The translations under genes and the position numbers were made by a program. The notes below the pieces were generated by a model. It was not told where the DNA came from. It did no database searches and saw only the letters and a program-made list of their open reading frames with translations. 64,000 bases of DNA from the human T2T-CHM13v2.0 reference genome, Homo sapiens, in assembly GCF_009914755.1 (NCBI RefSeq), contig NC_060926.1; one strand, 5' to 3'. How positions within the stretch are numbered: the stretch's first letter is position 1; each line of letters begins with the position of its first letter. Below, in pieces: positions 1-11,764 of this stretch.

Positions 1-79
1 AGAGTAATAATCAATAAGGGTTAGTTGTTATGGCTAGTTCTACCATCTAAAGATGACACTGTCAGAAAGCAAGATGTGA

Positions 80-363
80 GGCCAGGCAAGGTGGCTCATG
101 GTTGTAAACCCAGCACTTTGGGAGGTCAAGGTGGGCAGACTGCTTGAGCCCAGGAGTTGGAAACCAGCCTGGGCAACATGGTGAAACGCCATCTCTACAA
201 AAAAATTAAAAAATTAGCTGGATGTGGAGATACCCACCTGCAGTCCCAGCTATCAGTAGGGTAAGATGGGAGAGTCACTTGAGCCCAGGAGGTCAAGGAT
301 GAAATGGGTCATGATCACATCATTGCACTCCAGCCTGGGCGACAGAGAGAGACCCTGTCAAAA
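80..363 (+). mobile_element. AluJ-type SINE
   Basis: ggccaggcaaggtggctc..cttgagcccaggag..cactccagcctgggcgacagag; diverged; probable TSD gaaagcaagatgtga (65-79) / gaaaggaagatgtaa (550-564). Confidence 0.93.
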
Positions 364-558
364 GAGGGGAGGGGAGGGGAGCGGAGGGGAGGGAACAGAG
401 AAAAGGAAAAGGAAAAGGAAAAGGAAAAGGAAAAGGAAAGGAAAGGAAAGGAAAGGAAAGGAAAGGAAAGGAAAGGAAAGGAAAAGAAAGGAAAGGAGAA
501 AGGAGGAAGGAGAAAGGAGAAAAGAGAAAAGAGAAAGGAAAAGAGACGGGAAAGGAAG
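364..558. repeat. Composite polypurine microsatellite (GGGGA)n-(AAAAGG)n-(AAAGG)n
   Basis: Directly visible; nearly pure purine for about 195 nt. Confidence 0.97.
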
Positions 559-1194
559 ATGTAATTCTTCAGATGTTTGGATTTCATAAGACTGAGACTT
601 GCAGAAAGGTCTGGATATTTAAAATTTCCCTACTTCTGCTAGGCCTTGCCTTTATGACAATTACATGACCTAAAGTATGAAAATATTGGCTTCCTTTAGC
701 ATCTAGTTTAGTAGGTTGCAAGATTACTCCCTTTTTTCTCTGCCTCTCCATCACATACTCAGCACCATGGAGTTCCACGGGAAATCTGTCTTCTTGAAAC
801 ACACTGCAAAATTGCTTGACTTTTCAATCTAATCTATATCCTTTAACACAAAATAGTCTTTTGCAATACATTCCAGTAGTAATTCTCATCTCACCAAGTC
901 TCAGGATCATATTTATCTTCTGGTATTAATATTACAAAATCTGTTTTGTTGACCACCAATCATCTTGCAGGCCTGGAAGCCTTCAGTATGGAAGGAGCCA
1001 GTGTTTGCAACCCAGCAGAAATGGGAAATTTGGTCAATGGCAAAGCTGTAATCAGGGAGATTTTAAAAAGATAGCTTAATAACATGTCTCCTGGTCACTG
1101 AAAACTGAAGGATATTACAACTGCACAAGAAAGGCTTTAGATGTTTATTGTCTTCCTTTAGGGGAACACAGCTCATGCACATCTTAAAGTAAGG

Positions 1195-1620
1195 TATAAT
1201 GTTTAATTCCATTTGCTGTCATTTATAACTTCTGCCAAAAGTGGATTATGCATTTTCCTACATTCTTAAAATGAAACTTACTGATTACCATTTAATCTCT
1301 CTTAATAAATCACAGTCATCCTTTTGATGTACAAGCTGTACAATCATGGAGAAATGTCTGCAGGGGTTATTTGATGTGCAGAGTTGCCTGCCCTGCCATA
1401 GAATGGCTCCAGGCTGCTATGTTTCTTTTTTTTTTAACTTCCCATATATTTTTTTCAAAATGGTTTATCTCTCTCCTCCCCTGTTGTCAAGCTGTCAGTC
1501 AGCTGTCACTTTTTACTGCTGTCAGTGAGACTGCCTTTATCACACCCCCAATTTGATGCTGCTAATCTGCTGTCAGCTGAAAAATCAGATAATCAAGACT
1601 TCCGAAATTGCATTTACAAT
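1195..1620. promoter_or_regulatory. Candidate enhancer with a homotypic TGACAG (MEIS/TGIF/PKNOX) cluster, E-boxes and a GATA site
   Basis: GCTGTCA x5 (CTGTCA at 1216, 1492, 1503, 1519, 1570), TTGTCA at 1484, CAGCTG at 1500 and 1574, CAGCTG-N7-AGATAA at 1574-1592; no recognisable repeat. Confidence 0.5.
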
Positions 1621-1621
1621 A

Positions 1622-1752
1622 AGTGGTGGGCTGAACACTGGATGAAGATTTTGAGATACCAGTTCTAGTTCCTGCTCTGCCTATATCTAGCTGTGTGATT
1701 ACCAGAAGACATATAACTTCTCTGGGCCTTGGCGCCTTTATCCATAAAATAA
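1622..1752 (+). mobile_element. MIR fragment
   Basis: gttctagttcctgctctgcc..tagctgtgtga..aacttctctgggcct..atccataaaat core. Confidence 0.7.
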
Positions 1753-1899
1753 GAAGAGGAGAGAGAGAAAGAGAGAGAGAGAGTACATGCGCGTCAGAGA
1801 CAGACAGAGAGAGATCTCATCCAGACCTGAATCCTAAGTTTCTTTGGCTATGACAATACACATGAAACTTTTTTGTGACTTAATAGAATGCAGGGTGGA

Positions 1900-2105
1900 T
1901 GCCACTGACCTTTTAATGGTCAAATTCAAGGACGCTTTTTAGTCATCACTTTACTTAACCTCGCTGCTGTGAATTCACTAATGATTATCTCCTTAGAACT
2001 CTCTCCCCTTTGTTCCACAGGATAATTATCTCAGTGTTGACCTCCTGACTCTTACTTTGTCTTCTCACTTCAATCTTGGGCTCTTCCTCCACCAACCCCT
2101 TAAGT
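1900..2105 (+). mobile_element. L2 fragment (ORF2 region)
   Basis: cactgacctt..aaattcaagg..catcactttacttaacctc..ctgctgtg resembles the L2 RT segment. Confidence 0.6.
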
Positions 2106-2119
2106 GTCAAGAATGCCAA

Positions 2120-3220
2120 AGTGGCTCCAATGTTAAAAGGTCAGGATGATGATGAGGAACCCAGCAAAGGAGCCTGAGAAGCAGCAGTCTGTGTGAAAAT
2201 CAGGGGACTATGTGCCCTAGACAACTGAAGAATGTGTCATGGTGTGTCAAATGCTGCTGCTATGGTAAATAAGATGTGGACTACGAACTGACCACAGGAT
2301 TTAGAGGCAGTGGTGACCCTGACTAAAACTATTTCAGTGGAATAGTTTTAACTCAGAACAGGAGGAAGGAACTTAGAAGGAACAAGTATAAACAACTCTT
2401 TTAAGGTTTTGCTACTAAGAGAAGGAGAGAAATGAGGTAGTAGAAGGGGGAAGTGGAATAAGGAGAAAAAAAAATTTTAAGATGTAAGAAATAATTTTTT
2501 TATGTTAATAGAAATAATTCAGATAAAAGGAAAATAGGAATAATTCAGAAGAAAGGAAAATTGATGATGTAGAATAGACCAGAAAAAATTGTTAGGACAA
2601 TAGTCCTTGAGTATGTGGGATGGATGAGTTCTGGAAAAGAAGTGTAGATGGGGCCTTACACAGAAGCAAGGTTGTTCATCCCCAGTAACAGGTGAGAAGA
2701 TGGAGAATATGCACCCAGAAGAAGCACATAATTGGGTGGACCTGGTAGTATCAATAAATTAAAGTTGTCTTCTGATTGCTCCTATTTCCTCACTCATCAG
2801 CTGAGAATGAAGATAGAAGATTTGGTATTGGAGTGTTCTAAAAAAAGGAGAAGGCATAATTATCTAGAAGAAGGGAAATGCTTGCCAGGTAGTCAAAGGG
2901 CCCATCTGAATCTTATGAATCACACATTTAGAACATGCTAATAAGTATGACATGCTTTTCTCCAGTTATGTTTAGTCCATGATTATAGGAAGACAGTATA
3001 TGAACAAATAGATTTAAACAGACGAGGGGTTTTGCCAATCAAATATGAAACAAAAGGTGTAAATGATTTGAGAGGATATGCAAGAGAGTAAACATAATGA
3101 CGGAATAAGAAAGTTAAGCTGGACAAAGAAAGAGAAAATAGGACAAGAGTGAAATTAAGTTGGCTCAATCAATGGATGGTAGGGTCTGGTAAGGCCAAAG
3201 GATTGTTTGACTCAAGGTGA
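2120..3220 (-). mobile_element. L2 fragment(s)
   Basis: gaggaacccagcaaaggag..tgtgtcaaatgctgctg..aagatgtggact..gaccacaggatttag, typical antisense L2, purine-rich. Confidence 0.7.
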
Positions 3221-3414
3221 TAAAGTAAATAAATAAAACCAATCTCCTTATTTATATTAGATTCAGCTTTTAGGAGAGTAGTTCTCTATTTTCATGTGTC
3301 GATTATAGGACTGTGAGAGGCAGAGGGAAGATAGTCCTCTATATTCAGATGCCAATAAATATGCTAGGTTATAAATTAATGGGAGCGGGGCGGGTAACAA
3401 GATAAAATAACCTT

Positions 3415-3630
3415 TTGTTGTGGGTCTACTGTATGCTAAGCACTATCCTAGGTACATGGTATACATTATTTCATTTAATCACTGCATCATCCCTATGAGA
3501 TGGTTTAATCACAACCATTAACAAACTTAAGTGCAAGGTCATTCCACAAGTACAGATCACAGAACTAGTAAGTGGTGGTCAAAACTCAAATACATGTATA
3601 CATGACTACGGCGTCTAAGAGCTTTCCCAT
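3415..3630 (-). mobile_element. MIR
   Basis: ctactgtatgctaagcact..atttcatttaatc..ccctatgag..atcacagaactagtaagtggtgg. Confidence 0.75.
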
Positions 3631-5830
3631 CCCAAAATATTCAATACATATAATGAAATGTTTTCAAGAGAATACACTCTCATGCTACTATTTATCTGGT
3701 CATTGCGAGTGAGGCAGGAGATAAGTGAGGAAGGCAAGAGGTAGCAGTAGGTGCCGTGAGTCTAATATTAGCGAAACTGCTGAGGTGACAGACATGCTCT
3801 GAGTTTTAACAGATAGAAACTCTAAAAATCTTCATTTATTTTGTTGGAAATATGGCTTTTCTCCCCTCCCTAATTAATATCCATTATATTATATAGCGCA
3901 ATGACTAATAATTTAACTGTATCTTCTGCTTTGTTTTCAGTTAAATTCATTTTTCCCATGACCAAATAATATTTGGATTGGGAGAAAGATACAAGCATTC
4001 AAAAATATTTTTTAATCACCTTGGTTATTTTGCCTTTGGAATTACTAAATACTTTTCAACATCTCAACAAAATAATACAGTTTTGAAACTGCAGGCGTTA
4101 GAATGATTGTCATTCATGCAAATAATCACTTACTTACACTATATGAGTTTGGGTTGCATAAAGCAAATTACCATTTGAAAATAATTCAAATAACATTCTA
4201 GGCTAAGACCTTGCTTATGAATGTTATCTTGGCCACAATATTTCTTAACCTTTTTCTATTTAGCTAGATTCCTTTATGGTAATATCATCCAAATTAATAA
4301 ACTACTCAACTGCCACAGGTATATTAAACATATGATGTTGCAGAAATACATCGGATGTAAATGAATTTTAAAACATTTATTTAGAATTCTATAGCAGTAA
4401 TAATTAAGAGGAGCTATAACCATCTACTCACTTAGAGATATACATTTTGCCTATATGTGATATTAAAAAAACTTAAAACGTCAAAATATAAGGTTCATAT
4501 TTTGAAAAATTCAGATATATAACTGTTCTAGTTAATCACAGGCAAAGTATAACTATCACATTTTTCAAAAGTTGTAGTTCTCTCATCACACATAAGAAAA
4601 CTATGTCTACAAATACATAGATAATATACGTAATTACATATATATTCTGAAAATTGCTTTGTGATCGTGGCTCCACTTAGCTTTATAGTTTTCAAAACAG
4701 CAAATAAATCATTAACTGTTTTTGACAAATGACCTGTAATGACAGGATGCTTGAATGGTAAGTAGAAATTGAAATCAGAAGTCATAAGGCCTAAATATTA
4801 ATCCAGTCTGTGACAACGACAAGGTGAATACAAGCCAGTCTCTACTTCTCTGGGCCTCTGTTTTCTGCACTTTATATAAAGATTGGGCAAGATGGTCTAA
4901 CTTAAATTTTATGATTCACTAACTTGATTTTGTATGGGGCAGATTTTTCTTCGATGAAATATTAACAAATAAGACACTCAAATAAATCAGCAATGGGGTG
5001 CAGATGAGGACTACCGTTTCTACAGCAAAATATGGGTGAACTCAGTAAGTGTAGAACACAGAAGTTAATGCTGACCTCTTGCATAGCATGTATGGATATT
5101 AAATCATTTCCTGCCTTCATTTCAGGGATGAGGAAGAAACAGCTGTTCCTGAACTCTTTTAAGAAAGCAGTCAGTAAAAAACAGCAGCGTCTCCTGCTAG
5201 TGTGAGTCCCACTGAAGTACACTTTCTGTTCACAAGGGAGAAATATTCCTAGTGGTAGTAAAAACAGTTTTGCTAGGTTTAATCAAAAGTGAAAAGGAAT
5301 TCCAGAATGTTCCCTTTGAGCCACATCATCCATTGCTAATTCAAGGTGGGCCCAGCAGCAAGGGTAATAAAAAAAATGTCCTTAGTAACTAAGAAAGAGA
5401 AATGGCAATTAGGTACATTTGTAAACCAATATAGAAGACTTAACTCTTTATTAAGATAATATAAATAATTAAAAATAAAGAAAAAATAAAAGAAAATAGC
5501 ATGAGAAATGAACTAATCCAAGCAGTGAGACTTAACATTGACTTATCTAGACCAGTTCTTATTGTATATATAAATCAATGGGCATAAGCTGAATGCAAAG
5601 GTTGAGAAATATGCTTGACAATGACTTCTGTAACAAAAAAAAAAAAAAGAAAGAAAGAAAGAAACAAAACACCGGGCTGCTTTGGCAAACAAATAAATAA
5701 AAGAAAAGAAAAGAAAAGAAGGACTCAATATCTGAACTAACTAGTGATGGGTTAGACACATGATGATTTAAAATCTTTGTAAATCACAGCATGGTGAGAT
5801 AGAACTTAATTCTCTAACTAACCATACTTA

Positions 5831-6145
<315 letters not shown>

Positions 6146-6883
6146 TCAGAGTAATTTTTATCAACCTAAGACCTCTATGGATTAATCAGAGTTTATACTA
6201 CACCTTAGGTTTGCAAAGAACTCTTCACTTCATATCAGTATCTACCAAAATGTCTCTAAGAGCTAAGTTGGTTTCATTAGTGTTATATCACAGGGAGTTG
6301 ATTGGTGGCATCAGATTTGAAAGGCAACAGGGAAATAGAATGATTTAATGGGATCGCATGAGACTCCAAACCAAAGCATATTTTTCCACAATGCCAGGAA
6401 CTTTCTATATTATCAACAACACTACGTACAGCAATTCCTTTTTCTTCGTGGCCCAGCTACCCATGTTGAATTTCTGTCAGTGATGTGCATCATTTTACAC
6501 CATACTACCGAGAACAGAGCATCTGTCACACTTCTCACTAACTTCAAGAAGACTAATTCAGATAAAACTACTTTCATACTAAGGCACGATACCTTCGGCA
6601 CTATTTGGTTAAAGTCTACTTCTTGCTGTAGCTTTTACTTCAAGAAACTGTGTTAAGTTTTTAAAAGTTCTGGGACTACACAGAAAGGATTATGGTATCC
6701 CAAAATAACTTGTTTCACTATCATATTATATTATATTGGGCTAGCCAGAGAAATAGAAGAAACTGGTAGAAATGCATCCGGAAATCCAGATCACTAGGTC
6801 CTAACTGATTACATAAAGGTACATATAAATTATAAAGCGCCGCAACACCATGATCTTCGAATTCAATGAAATAAATGTGGTAA

Positions 6884-7303
6884 TACCAGTCCGCAACAAC
6901 AATGGTTCAAACTTAAGATTTTTTAAATTTCACAATGGTGAAAATGTAATATATATTCAATTGAAACCATACTTCGAATACTGAATTTTGATCTTTTCCT
7001 GGGCTAATGGTATGTGCACAATATTCTCTCACGATGCTAGGCAGCAGCAGTGAGGCACAAATCTCAGTCAGCCACATGATCACAAGGGTAAACAACCAAT
7101 ACTCTACAGTGGCCTGTGCTGCCAGATGATTTTGCCCAACTGTAGGCTAATGTAAGTATTCTGAATATGTTGAAGGTAGGTTAGGCTAAGCTATGATGTC
7201 TGATAGGTTAGTTGTATTAAATGCATTTCAACTTATCATATTCTCAACTCACAATAATGGGTTTACCAGGCTGTAATCCTATCGTAAGTTGAGGAACATC
7301 TGT
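6884..7303 (-). mobile_element. TcMar-Tigger non-autonomous DNA transposon (MER47B/Tigger5-like)
   Basis: Ends atcgtaagttgaggaacatctg|TA; internal gatgattttgcccaactgtaggctaatgtaagt..gtaggttaggctaagctatgatg. Confidence 0.82.
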
Positions 7304-9154
7304 ATACAAGATTAAAGGGATAAAGCAATTGGTTTTATTCCACCCTAAAAATGATAGATCAATACTACTGGAAAGAAGACATGTTATGTCCACAGGACTG
7401 CAGAACACCACAGAATAAGTAGAGCTTATAGAATAGGAATGCCGTAGCCAAACGTCAGTTTAGTTTAAGTCATATTTGCTGAGACAGCCAAATTTACTAT
7501 TACAATGTTAATATCTAGCAGAATAAAAAATGAACAAAAAGAGTGTTGGCCTGCTACTTCCGTGCATCCCTTGAAAAAAACTGATTTTCTATACAAGTAT
7601 TGTTTATTAGTTGCTACCTAGTGCAAATTTGGGGGGTGTGGGTGATTACAACACGAACAATACAAAGGAATGTCACAGAAGTGCTGACACAACACTAAGC
7701 AATAAGGAAGCTAATATAATAATATACCAAAAGTTGAAGGATGTTTTACAGCTAGTCTTGTTTTCACCATATGTCACATATTGTAATAGTGACCTACAGG
7801 TCATAATATATAGTTGTGACATGTGTTCATAAGTCAGAGGGTTAGTGAAATCACTGTTTAAGGTGAGTGCTTATGTCAGTCATCTTTAAAGTCCTTAACT
7901 GCCACACAGTCCAGAAAGAAATCTGACAGTGCCAAAAAAAGCAGAAGTCAGCAAGAAAACTAAAGAAACATTTGAGGAAGCAGGAGTCATACTTTTCAAA
8001 GAGAATCTGAACAGGACTGCCTTTTGACACTCTTATTTTTCCTCTGGACAACTGTGAACCATTTTTTCCCCATTAAGAAGCCAACTGATGATGAAGTACA
8101 CTTCTCTCTCTCCAAGCTTGTCTATAAGTTTACCCTCTTGAGAAAAGCAATGCTGAAAAATCATGTACAAAACTTTTATAGTCTCATTCCCTATCAGCAA
8201 AAACAATGTTTTATGAAAGTGAGGAGGAATCGAGAGCTGAATTGTTTTTAGATAGCTTCCCTCAAACGGCATGTGACCCAATGACTTACATTCTTAAAAA
8301 TCCAGTCTATGCTAAATTAAAGATCCAAGATAGTTTACAGAAATATCCTTTTTGGTACATTTCCTCCCTGATATGAGTGGATGTAACTTCCATTAACTTT
8401 AAAGCCACCCATAAAGGAAAAAATAGACTTAGTTTTTTTCCCAATGATTTCTCAGGGGTAATAAACACACTATCTGAGGAAAAGAATGATGCTAATTCAA
8501 GAAATCAAAAGAATATTACAAATGTTTTCCATATTGATAAAGCACAAAATGATTTTATTTTCATTTTTAAAACATATTTTCCTTCTCTGTTTCAATATAA
8601 AGTATTTTAATTTTATTATGAAATTTTAAAACGGCTGCTTTTTTTATGAGACATTTGACGTGAAGCAGTTGCACTCTATTTTGATAGCACTGCTACTTCA
8701 CAATTGAAGCAGCTTGTAAAAATGATTGTAGGAAAACATTCACAAAATGCACACAACACAGAATTATTACTATATAGCCATTTTTCTATGTCAACTAAAC
8801 TATGAAACATTCTTGCAAGAATTGCGGGTCTGTTCAAATACATCATCAAACCCAGTTGCTAATAGCTGTTAATAAAGATAAATAAAATGTACAAAATCAC
8901 TGACAAACAGATTCCGTTTGACTGTTGCAGTTATGTGAATAGGATCCAATAGCAAAGCCATTTCAGAATTGTTATTAACTTCTTTCATTAACTAAGCTTC
9001 AGGAGATACACTTTGTCGAAGTAACAATAGAGGACCATCACCTTTAAAATGTCATGGTATTTTAAGGCTGTGCCATTTCAGAAGACTCAACGAAGGAAAA
9101 AAGAAAACACTACCTAAGGATTCATTGTCCATAGTCTTCTCTGTCTTACAATTT

Positions 9155-9174
9155 AAAAAAAAAAAAAAAAAAAA
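9155..9174. repeat. A20 mononucleotide run
   Basis: Directly visible. Confidence 0.95.
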
Positions 9175-9617
9175 GGCGGGGGAGACAAAACCCCAAGTTG
9201 CTCCATTATGCTTTAATTTTTACTTCTCTGTAAAACTCTATTTTGATTTTAGCTGAATACAGTGATCGTGATTAATAAGTAAGAGTTGACTAACTGCACT
9301 TTCTAAATGCCTTAAGCAATAGATCATGAAATCAAGGGGTGAAGGTCCCTGCCAACCTTTTAATTCTATTTTGAATGTTGTGAAAAATAGATAATTAGCT
9401 CAACATATAATTAGATTGTTACATATATGTATTTTTATAAAATGATTAGTTGTGATCTTACATATACTGCAGAAGGAAGAATTGTTTAAATATTTGCACC
9501 TACCTTATGGTGTTTTAAAAAAAGGTGTACAATAGTAGGTCTCCAGATTTAAAACGTAACCACCTACAAAGAAAAAGGTAGCAAAGGGCCAAATATAATG
9601 ATACAATCCATACCTAC

Positions 9618-9785
9618 CATGAAAGAATTTGGTTGTATCCATATTGGAAATCCCTCTCCTGACATTTCTTGACAGGATATATCAACTGGTTCTCGTGAAA
9701 ATACAGAATCTTTTTCAGTTTCCCAAGGTCAGGCCGAAGGGCAGCCAGTTCGGTCAGGTTAAGCACTGAACTTGCAAAGAGGGTC
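9618..9785 (-). CDS. GTDC1: Internal coding exon of GTDC1/QTMAN (tRNA-queuosine mannosyltransferase, glycosyltransferase-like), 168 nt, phase 2/2
   Basis: Minus strand: acceptor ttttcttgtttcctAG|G at 9787-9786, then 55 codons TLFASSVLNLTELAALRPDLGKLKKILYFHENQLIYPVKKCQERDFQYGYNQILS + TG, donor TG|GTAGGT at 9617. Peptide matches the GTDC1 N-terminal region as I recall it. Confidence 0.95.
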
Positions 9786-10022
9786 CTAGGAAACAAGAAA
9801 ATTGGGGTTTACTGTCCCAAGTATGTTTGAAGGGATCATGCTTTGCTCTTCTCTCCTCTTTCCTCTTCCCACCCCAAGAAAAACACATCCCCTATAGGGA
9901 CACATCAATAGTTGAGGCTTAATACCATGTAGCAGCATTCTAAGTTTTGATCTCTTAAAAAGCAGCTGCTTAGAACTATAAAGTCCCCGAATCTCACTGG
10001 TCTTCTCAGTGCAGTTACTGAG

Positions 10023-10029
<7 letters not shown>

Positions 10030-10074
<45 letters not shown>
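10030..10074. repeat. A45 mononucleotide run (U45 in GTDC1 pre-mRNA)
   Basis: Directly visible; no Alu or L1 body adjacent. Confidence 0.97.
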
Positions 10075-10075
<1 letters not shown>

Positions 10076-10544
10076 CCGGATGGATTTTATTGAAAAAGGC
10101 AAGAAAAGCTCTATCTGAAGGACAAATGGAACAAAGATAAGACTGACTGCGGAATACTTTGCTTGCCAGTTTCATTACACTTTCCTTCTTTATGCAACCA
10201 ACTACTGAAATTCAATGTATGAGCAGGAATGGCACATGTTCATGTTATGACATAAACTCTTTTGATTTATGCAATAGACTTATCTAGTATGGTCTTTTTC
10301 TCTTGGCATGTTTTCTTACCCTCCCCTCACTTGTAAAGTATCTTACAATACTTGTATTTTTAAAAACATCTTTTCTTCTCCATTACTGGACTGCTAATGG
10401 TACCAGATGCATCATCTGTAAAATCCCTTAAAAAGCACAAATATAAAAATTTTATGAAAGGCTGATTCCTCATTTTTAAGGGAAAAAGGGAAACTGAAAG
10501 CTTGCCTATCCATGTTTATAAATGAAAAAAGTGTCAATTTACTC

Positions 10545-10810
10545 TCTCATTCCACATACATTTACTAAATGCCTACTATGTGCCAGGGTCTAACCAGGAA
10601 GAACAGAAAAGATGAACAAGACAGCTCAGCAGGATAAATGCTGCCTGTAATAGAGACATACACAAAACATTAGAGAAACAAACAGAAAGCAATACTAATT
10701 GTCTGGGACAACCTGGAAATGTTTCCCTAATAAGGTGCCTATTACATACGGACACAAAAGAGGGACAAAGTACAGGACTTGAGCAGCTGAGGACATTTAG
10801 ATGACACAAT
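10545..10810 (-). mobile_element. L2 3' end
   Basis: cattccacatacatttactaaatgcctactatgtgccagg..aagatgaacaagacag. Confidence 0.7.
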
Positions 10811-10859
10811 TTTGATAGAATGCCACCTTTATAACATAATGTAACATCATTTTACCTTT

Positions 10860-10995
10860 ATGGCTTTAATTCCCTTTCTAAAAAATCAGGTTCAAGAAGG
10901 TTAAGAGTTTTTCTAGGATCACACTGGTAGAAAGTTGCAAAGCAGAGAGACTGCTGGTCTTCTAAGGGCTCAAACTGCTTTTCATTACACCACAG
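10860..10995 (-). mobile_element. MIR fragment
   Basis: aggttcaagaaggttaag..aggatcacactggtagaaagttgcaaagc..cttttcattacaccac. Confidence 0.6.
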
Positions 10996-11764
10996 ATATG
11001 AATTGGTTGCAGACCACTTACATTGCAAGTGCTTTTTTCTGTACTTAATAAATACAAAATATCATCCTTGTTATTACCATGATTACAACTACTATAAATC
11101 CTCCCTTGCTGACAAGCCAAATGGCTAACTTCAGGTGTTTATATGATCTGCCGCACTAGCCTTTCACATAAGAAGGATTACATAATAAGTGCATATATCA
11201 CAAGTAGGAATTCAAGTGTCTTCTTCACGGGCTAAAAGAGGCACACAAGACCAAAAGCCAGCAATCCCTCTTCAAACCTACATTGCTATATTAATGTTAT
11301 AATTTATCTCTTTAAGGTTAAAAAAAAAAAATCTTACCAAGGAGATGCACTTATTTTTTAAACCTGTCTGTCTATACCCAAATAAAAAAAAAATTATGAC
11401 CAAACAATGCCCCATTTTGTCCAAACATATTCCCCACACCACTACCACATATAAGCCTCTCTAAAACTTACACTGAAAATTCTGAAACATGAAGATATTT
11501 GTTTACCTAAAAATCTGATCTTTAGCAGAGGAAACAACAAAATATTAATTTCAAACAATATTTTCCTTAAAAGGGAATACATGGCAACTTCTAGGTCTAG
11601 TTATTGCGTAATCCTCCTCTCCTTCTATTCTTTCTTACTATGCCCATCCCTGACCATACATACTATTGCAAGCAATGACGCCCATTCTTAATCATTATCA
11701 CCTGGGCAAGCATAATGTTTTTCACACACAAGGCAGAAAAATGCATTAAAAGTAGCCTTCATAT

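Noticed and set aside
266-589. K/R/E-rich and F/S-rich ORFs on both strands
   Set aside because: Translations of the Alu end plus the purine microsatellite; stop-free only because of low complexity.
9786-10175. 129-aa ORF with poly-Phe
   Set aside because: Poly-Phe is the T45 run; the ORF ends at the GTDC1 acceptor and shows no recognisable homology.
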